Virus record (IMG/VR): IMGVR_UViG_3300045988_183986
DNA: 64,000 bases
Reading direction: 5' to 3' (one strand)
Origin: a virus
Every line of letters begins with the position of its first letter. Positions within the stretch are counted from its first letter, which is position 1. Positions 62,301-64,000 of this stretch are shown one piece after another. The translations under genes and the position numbers were made by a program. The notes below the pieces were generated by a model. It had not been told where the DNA came from and searched no databases. It was given only the letters and a program-made list of their open reading frames with translations.

Positions 62301-64000
62301 TGTACTGAACATCGTAGCTGTAGCCCTTATCATCAAGGCCCTTCCAGTAATCTGTTTCAAATACGAAGGTGGCTTCGTCCTGAGTCATAACACGCTGATT
62401 CGGTGCCTGCGTCATGGACATGGGGCGCTCTTCGATTTGAATGATACCGGAAGCTTCCGGAGTGATTACGCCGGGGTCGATGGTGGAATAAGTCTTACCC
62501 TCAACCTCGTAGTCTGTACGAAGCTGAATAGCGTTTCCTGTATATGCCAGCATTTGCAGCTGTACATCCACGGAACTGTGCGGGTAATTGTATACACCAT
62601 CATTGCCGTCGTGGAATACCGGCGTTTTGATGATACCTGTTACGGCACCGTCTTCGGTAGTGAACTGACCGTAATGGCCAATCTTGACCCAGTCGCTCAG
62701 AGCATTATTGGTATTGCGCAGGTCAACCACGCGGTAATACCATGTTACGGATTCATTGCTGATGGGCTGATTGTAGATGATACCGGAACCTTCGAGAACC
62801 TTAGTGGTCTCGCCTTCCCAGTAACGGTAGTTCTCAATAGGTGTTGCTTCGATTGTCAGCAGTTCCAGAGGAACCGTTTCGCAGTCGTTCCAGAAATGAG
62901 GAGGAACCTTTGCAACGATAGGACCGTATTTGGTGACCTCATTGCCAGCCTTGTCATATACGCGGGCACGAAGAATCGTCTTACCGCCTACATAGATACA
63001 TGGCAGGTTAGAAATACAATACTGGTCTACGTTGTTGACTACACAGCTGAAATCGTCGCCCGGCTGTAATAGTGCCGTGTTATCCTCGTACCGGATATGA
63101 ACGGTATATCCCTCGTGAACCTGACCATCATTGAACAACTTTGCGTCGCTCAGCTTGCCGTAGATACGAGCGATACCGGTGGTACGAACGGACGGAGAGC
63201 TGTTACCGCTGTCCTTAAAGACAGTGTCCCAGCCTTTCAGTCTATCAGTACCAAGGTTCCAGTCGTTGCCGTCTCCGGTACGGTATGCACCCAAATCACC
63301 GGTGGTGTTATCGAACAGAGCACCGTCTTTGGGAACTTTTACATCGAAGTATTTGCTGTTCCAGTGACCTGTGAAGTTCTTGATGGGCTTCCAAGTCGTG
63401 GAATCAAAGCCCAGCTTCGTCAGGTCGAGGTCTTCCATCAGTTCGTAGCAATCGCTCAGAGGATACCAGTAGCTGCCGCCATTGGCGAGAGCTGTCAGAA
63501 TCTTCTTGGCGTTTGCTGCATTGACACGATGGACGAAGTGCGTCATCTGCTGGTCGGCTTGGTCAGCGGCACAGACTTCACACTGCTTGCGCTGAGAAAT
63601 CCACATCAGGGTGTTGACGCAAAGTTGCATCTCCTCAGAAGAAGCGTGGTTGATTTGACGACCACCTACTTCAATCGGCAAGTGACCAATCTGGTTCATA
63701 ACAAAGTTGCCGGAACCAGCCAGATAGAAATTGTTGGTACCATTGCGTCCATCGACGGTAGGCTCATACAACTTGCCGAGTCCAGCATTTGTAAACACGC
63801 TAGAGCATCCATTGTATTGAACCCAGATATCATCGAATGCGACCTGACCATTACTGTGCGTCAGAGCAGCAGGAATCGTCTGCCCTACACTGAACTTATA
63901 AGGCCAGTTGGTTGGTGTACGATGCTTGATGTCGGGGTTGACCATCGCCTCTTCGTATGTAAAACCGCCGTTAGAACGGATACGTAAGGAGGTGTTGCCG
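44374..64000 (-). CDS. giant cell-wall-anchored adhesin, 5' end outside window (>6,540 aa): Gly-rich domain + MBG repeats + ~18 DUF11/CnaB-type repeats + N-K-K-T-G sorting signal
   Basis: ORF 44374..63945 extends without a stop to the window edge, so the true N-terminus and signal peptide are upstream. GAGGG/GGSGGG region. MBG motifs (KxYGxxDP). Repeats of type LTIEKSADKTEAGVGDVVTYTLKVTNTGN (DUF11). C-terminus SNKKTGIGFAQSIVGLVAMVGIGVAALVVVNHKRKKD. Confidence 0.85.
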   Translation of the reverse strand, partial: GNTSLRIRSNGGFTYEEAMVNPDIKHRTPTNWPYKFSVGQTIPAALTHSNGQVAFDDIWVQYNGCSSVFTNAGLGKLYEPTVDGRNGTNNFYLAGSGNFVMNQIGHLPIEVGGRQINHASSEEMQLCVNTLMWISQRKQCEVCAADQADQQMTHFVHRVNAANAKKILTALANGGSYWYPLSDCYELMEDLDLTKLGFDSTTWKPIKNFTGHWNSKYFDVKVPKDGALFDNTTGDLGAYRTGDGNDWNLGTDRLKGWDTVFKDSGNSSPSVRTTGIARIYGKLSDAKLFNDGQVHEGYTVHIRYEDNTALLQPGDDFSCVVNNVDQYCISNLPCIYVGGKTILRARVYDKAGNEVTKYGPIVAKVPPHFWNDCETVPLELLTIEATPIENYRYWEGETTKVLEGSGIIYNQPISNESVTWYYRVVDLRNTNNALSDWVKIGHYGQFTTEDGAVTGIIKTPVFHDGNDGVYNYPHSSVDVQLQMLAYTGNAIQLRTDYEVEGKTYSTIDPGVITPEASGIIQIEERPMSMTQAPNQRVMTQDEATFVFETDYWKGLDDKGYSYDVQYKDPYDDDWQTLATSVTFGGTYTLNTVDNSQVNKVDIEAHTVDTLAKGKETASMIHDNKWLPADFWRPDGFTDQQCAQKHTTITLTLHAADYNWSGYYFRIVASYRFNEKRTKVENSYSAIGDADNAGFDTSRYGLLQVDAPFVSATMLEARALMMQEHNSEGDATGDFGQNYWSVETTQDQVDNWNASRGDSNNPLISDKNVAVYTTTITFSPSKLTESGNRILIPVLQWGFQDDLNSESTDYKPVINPININGYANNGNGLTTENYKDWANIVKTRYDINTDDSSVMKQVVDAIETEHSGSPFGKFTAYITIDDIKPVEDTMLNGQPFDINSAYAKWSITTSLHIESATNPMDFGTEHFYFQCKPYLEYIRGYNSTKLKSQTITNTLAHNFDYVNGGIDEDNTDTGAELWLDYNISIHANERNLVSCGVDKHSIFMYPELTIEAPNGLRYIMSRYQIVNEFPYGKHRDTSRTVFNQSDHLSVNLGTQYRGQMTTVTRYDMNGNPSQIDVQGKTMAELGISLDERGYLDKNNEDYAPYLDHGYALWSDYSYPKEIWQWFWRNAIQYHCYDMEEFDGTNEQVFFYIDEKNVRAADKSFKANDGNNPTSSWTAPFDATYQIDLWGAGGGNASMTDGISGNSGSHTIITADIKEGTTLYFVAGGAGGGGSGGGSGGGSTGSGSGGSGGYNGGGSGGVGAVFYDCYKGGGDPDHSYHSNSPIGFGGGGGATTVAFGLIGDGQLKNYGDGSSMFGVAGGGSGAAIISGNGYTERGVGGSGSDYSGQRYHCALKEDKVFSDGYEYHHGDICGWTYSGTHSSDIKMQREDEEGYNNTLHENGGGSGWQSASTDGALRGSSYAASVGTNLDNGNIIIKANVTGANQLNDGAGSGIGQAGRAKIKVVDLNKRLYRRVGKNAMDIGFEDANECTPTRAKVMLTVANKMYDGNQLTVTAHVVWDGDTDAGIDEQEILRGVNITYSNNESPNITYPTNATTDSKKKPLVRTGSYTATATYTGKYEVTFCWENTKPGKTYVVRGESTTPDEYVSGNGNVVYFDIYPRPLHLYSYDNNKIYDNISTAKVSDIKIKAATADSGIVHGDTVALNSTLAYGYYCENYAPEDFAKTSFRESIHTGLHSIKTVTILELINNPFDNYYIASEDFTGTINPRPLYVHSQYHDVNKYKWNYDGNSNDIGNGKYLTDTTVYDNQNVTIEQAYEMILAGKQENIDITRYTKTEQDNYQNTVVNPNNIKVYDSYYNANIGEEGQGNIYIDNITNYDSVELNAQTYVGSYADSNAGEQLTGYDANGDNGVIKEDRYNGLSTNTIRHLPYSVKYSYSTTTPQVGQKMTVTIAVTNKDTGYGLAAQNNYVAPVAIQNLRLKSRFAGNGPITLKSTNGIRMNQQGTEFYIDTIPVGGTVNIEFEYTVQDIDDTNALVRDIEQNNEMYLVNNNYNDYYIADKTFSGGIYRTTLRAQVKSVSTTYGHGFKNIKLPYADDVYYWNKGSDSWLTMEGLVEDHKTAAQDDEKLDLKAKKTNNYQSKFVYNVVPSETTDAGSYPVSYIGLNEFNYDVLKNYVVTEDPGSIEVKPRKIMISVDESQKIYGTTNPFFNSTFKVLGTDDQGNELDVSDENNWTVLGDDATVDYNNMHLIGNDTIGNVVEVVNGASRTALAFKNGTSNLPYLTTATQSSDVIYQTDVPEEECAYCLEKYNEMHKGHEHYHDDDHPHTHVPVNGYPVSVNENTGYGNTLGIKTVTNSEGQVVSNYELVYESNVLKVHPRLIRIAALDATKAYGGTEPALKWTVDGEIIKPTSEMLGIKAVRDSGENVRDEGYTIRISYEKSTASNYIVETNDAKMTITPVPLTIVFGNQERYYGEDNKNDYTLTVVGLKHGDTADVALKNNDGATAKVLETAKNTLSDYINLTYNKYTDVGSNYLYGDKSYCEEHTILVPRENADGGYNYTIANYTPGVLTIKPRPMLLEVTGWQKELGDADKVQDFTLTDMITHNSVNGQQKLGAGSRITDASVVVNPDKVPIVFNLVRAEGEEVGSYPVYSTPQDRQIGNLAANDQKQLELDNPNYDFEYRYANDLIVKRQGLMITVDDKVRYYGDRVNRFYDGSTDYTYHVFKVENGEAVEITAEEAGINTNSFTFTHLDTQTSSSGTYKDCISLSGVHSTIYDDDDITITAGNLTIIPRPVSVIAADNTKVYGDADPELKYTLHDGVRGEDGNYYIEYANGPVLTEKEGADVPVQPGDLEGTGVTREPGEDVWTGEHSFGKAYAINANDISPVSKDGITNYVITMENGNFTITPAELVVTVKGGYSKTYGEENPAFDADITGFKRDDTKETVLNGELGFATLCFDLSDAGKYIVTAGNNNEDAVNPDCVVLEDGEEHIGSTFEVKSNTNFEKNYVIRYVNGDITVNPKELIVRIDHKVKTYGTADPAFTFHYEDNAGNVIGLIDPENSPLNVELYRTKGENVVRGDVTAADSLNKWGTTLYDGDYLISAKYDTSNKNYAVTVYDGSLKIIPATLTVTVDGGYKTTYGDEIPEFTYSITGFVGRDVKDETGTGIKDDESKVSGTATMYCNDNAGNPVTNKTKVGNYPINYDRQQLVADKSNYKFIYVGGDLTIGKKPIHVKADDQQKVYGEKDPDPLTWTITDPEELVNPGDEDFFDITTKRPGADTDDGEQVGKYPITIDGTDPSGNYEIITTPGTLTIVPATIVVTVIDDEKYFGEDNPTPNVTITGYKRGDTIDDIGGKDALKTKTDAEKWSPVGEYPVSAKDSTFHNPNYDFVYIDGKLTVKPLIINIKAEDDRKTYGDNDPDKFNVSYTLTNEKDEPYTPDKDLRDYIDRALNLDAARVPGENVRTENPGYSIVPTYTEVDNIEIGTVTPGHFFIDPREVTITANSAEKVYDGTPLTEPGYTYAPELVDNDLLGIHDKMDSVTVTGSQTEVGSSKNVPSDAVIINTEDGSGSNANYIIKYVDGTLTVRDKEIVSIEKSADRERATDYDVIRYTITVTNATSHDLHNVIVKDTNNFVGVPVLSQANGVTYDAEKGEFVIAEISHLRDETHTNAVTFTYTYTVDPTDHGTNNNDILENNAKITDMKVVESYTENPDGSTTPNYTEPNKDWLVETPDVDVEIIRQNLTIEKSADKTEAGVGDVVTYTLKVTNTGNTKLENVVVKDTNNFMGEPVENTKLHFGYRVNDDGTWTITSLGVGKSVTITYKYTVVADDLANGKLDNIATATIPAREDPTIPEKPVDSNEVIVPLYYKHLTIVKSADRDHAYPGEVVKYQVTVTNDGTVDMTNVTVSDDTNALGMFIVSTGDGYTYNPETRLFTIPALNIGDSVTLNYLYIVQNGDPETIINVATAHAPKNPDTEIPGDKDIEEPSKPVEVDVLRDELTIVKNADKSFVDMNGNDTTVTYTLTVKNSGNTKLTNVIVTDTSNGNGTVKYTGDLMYDGNGKWMIPELNAGDSVEITYVYTAVAEDMNLDNGNIVNTAVAEGKNPDNKTVTSDPDTETVHVGEVPDRDIRVVKTSLESSVMIGDTIHYTITVTNNGAMTAQNVVVRDFNDGIGEINAASSDKYTYDAATHSFTIAEIAAGEVVEIPVTYTVQEGDKDVVNNAAVEIPEIPEIEKKADKQTVVVGEVVTYTITVTNTTNETKTNVEVKDTNNFTGVITPAENTDVVSYIGDKVWNISSIGAGESVDIVYTYTVMNEDAPNAMLVNNAEMTYVTDSGKVKIPSNEVDIPVIPETPTPEHVGPTVVKQADKAIANIGDTVHYTVVMHNNDTVDYVNAALHDKNNFNGVITNVKNGTLESASAGSAVIKVGTIPAGKTVTVEYDYIVLNTDAGKGQDTYNELKNVATLHYWFADEDQTPENEKTKPSNEVTVKVPGSDVPVPVNPPEGKLKVEKFVDKKSASVGDMLHYTVKVSNVGDGELKNILVEDFFDGHGKLNYIPAVGVVVNGDGTYTINKLPAGTFMELRFTYVIVEGDEPEVLNAAVVTTPPVDPPLEPTKTADKKFAFVDEIVTYTISVYNPDTKAKTNVTVKDTNNFVGSINAANTDKYTYNGDSTWTIPEIGAGETINITYTYTVQSNDEKLLENKADVTYSENGDTVKLDTPTVDVVVPDKGTVSIHKEADKKMAKPGEVVTYNVTVTNNKGFDVHDVVVTDANNFAGEITGVDGADYTFENGEFHIAEIAAGASVTLTYTYTVEIGDVPTQILENIATADVPGMNPEDPNNPGHGKDPNKPIDNDEKIPSNPVDVEVPGSETETKIPDLVLTKSVDKSEAAVGDTLNYTITVKNNGKGDAENVMVKDFFDGKGTLNFVAMDGVTDNGDDTYTIASVKAGESVTLNFTYVVVDGDAPEVLNAAVITTPKPSTDIVKSADKHIAKVNEIVTYTITVKNNSKDTLTNLLVSDTNNFKGEIEGKDGKGYTYNGDKTWTIATLESGKSIDITYTYTMQASDETVIENTADVRYSYNGTDYDIPSNPVEVEKPNDGVVTIFKTADKTKAEPNEVVTYTVTIHNGKDYDIKNVRLTDANNFAGKIEGVDGAGYKFTNGEFVIDKIPAGGDAVVRYTYTVQIADVPTKILENIATAHVPGKNPGDPDEEIPSNKVDVEVPGDGTHVDVPEGKLEIVKSVDKTEAKVGDTLNYTITLTNVGGQAVKNAIVKDFFDGNGVLNFVPMDGVTDNGDYTYTVANVEKGQSITLRFTYTVVAGDAPMVLNAAVVKDPTPPIDIEKTADKHVAMVDEVVNYTITVKNTTDKTVTDLLVSDTNNFTGAITSKDNAKYTYNGNHTWTIPSIKAGESIDILYTYTVKTTDPSTLVNKADVRYTTDDGEYVIKADPVEVVVPKDGEVTIVKSGDKKIAEPGEVVTYTVTIHNGKAHDITNVVVSDSNNFAGTITGTNGVGYKFVDGHFVIDKIAAGADAVLTYTYTVQIADVPTHILENVATAHVPGTNPEDPENPGHGKDPDKPIDPDTDIPSNKVEVKVPGSEVETEIPEISITKSVDKPTAKIGDTLNYTVTVKNGGNADAENILIKDFFDGNGTLNFKAMDGVTDNGDNTYTISTVKAGESVKLRFSYVVVEGDEPLVLNAAVIKDPTPPVDVEKEADKHIAKVDEVVTYTISVKNTTSEPVDNVTVTDTNNFKGEIKAENADKYTYNGNKTWTIPTIAAGETIHITYTYTMQAEDATVIENIANVTYSKDGTDYNIPSNPVDVEKPDDGVVTIRKAADKTKAEPGEVVTYTVTVHNGKNHDIENARLTDTNNFAGEIVSVEGADYTFENGEFTINKIPAGGDVVIHYTYTVEIADVPTQILENIATIHVPGTNPEDPNNPGHGKDPEKPIDPDTEIPSNKVDVEVSGSETETEIPVIEITKSVDKAEAKVGDTLNYMVTVANKGKIDAENVVVEDFFDGNGTLNFVPMDGVADNGDNSYTISTVKAGESVTLNFTYVVVTADAPKVLNAAVVKDPTPPIDVEKDADKYIAKVTDVVTYTITVKNTTDKTVNDITVADHNNFAGDVTAESSNRYTYNGDGTWTIGYLDAGEALDIVYTYTVETTDESVMENTATIKYTHDGEQYNIPSNTVDVKKPDDGVVTIWKSANKTVAKLGETVTYTVTVHNGKDHDIQNAALTDENNFSGSIFAVDGAGYHYENGVFTIDTIPAGGDVVVHYAYTVGIADVTTHILENVATIHVPGTNPEDPENPGQGKDPTKPIDPDTDIPSNKVDVEVPGSGTETDVPLEKSLTIVKSADKTKVNVGETINYRVVVTNTGEVDLVNVTVKDNNDGESHIEAQNGDGYTYNSATTTFTIARIPVGESFTLTYSYVAVDADAGHDVINVAVAKAPGQNPEDPENPGHGKDPSKPIDEDVEKPSNEVKVPVVKPSTPTTPDEPKPTPTPDNPKPTPTPVPTEKPKTPPIGWLDIFKVDGKPFSLFSIFTSNKKTGIGFAQSIVGLVAMVGIGVAALVVVNHKRKKDENDNKDNHKDDSAE

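Noticed and set aside
1-64000. tRNA, rRNA or CRISPR arrays
   Set aside because: No cloverleaf-like conserved tRNA blocks, rRNA signatures or regularly spaced direct repeats were seen on either strand by eye. A tRNAscan/CRISPR finder run would be needed to exclude them fully.

Overview
The window is a 64-kb accessory, plasmid- or ICE-like region from a Firmicutes/Clostridia-type genome. GC content and codon usage were judged by eye, not computed. Nearly all genes lie on the minus strand; only an IS200/IS605-family TnpB and two HTH regulator genes are on the plus strand. From low to high coordinates: (1) a cargo/anti-restriction-like block with a radical-SAM operon, a DUF1281/Api92-like protein, DUF4314, a NYN/LabA-like nuclease and many small hypotheticals. 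(2) A surface-biogenesis block: small membrane paralogs, a class B sortase, a trigger-factor-like FKBP lipoprotein, and a co-operonic SecY + SecG-like + SecE-like translocon paralog set headed by a triple zinc-ribbon protein. (3) An IS1341-like TnpB-only insertion. (4) A maintenance/regulation block with type II partition ParM/ParR-like genes plus a candidate centromere, XRE regulators, a sigma-70 region-4 protein with an RNase HI-like partner, and a phage-type Dam methyltransferase. (5) A flotillin gene and several monocistronic secreted, lipo- and membrane proteins. (6) Two giant cell-surface adhesins: 2,650 aa, and more than 6,540 aa truncated at the window end. Both are built from MBG (YGX) and DUF11 repeats. 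Both end in a non-canonical N-x-K-T-G sorting signal followed by a TM segment and a basic tail. The most interesting candidate system is a dedicated SecYEG-paralog translocon plus an extracytoplasmic trigger-factor-like foldase plus sortase B for these giant adhesins, with no SecA2/Asp/glycosyltransferase genes visible. The region also carries two families of near-identical promoters. One has a conserved TTGCTGCAAAG spacer and is often followed by leader terminators. All long plus-strand ORFs inside the adhesin genes are antisense artefacts.
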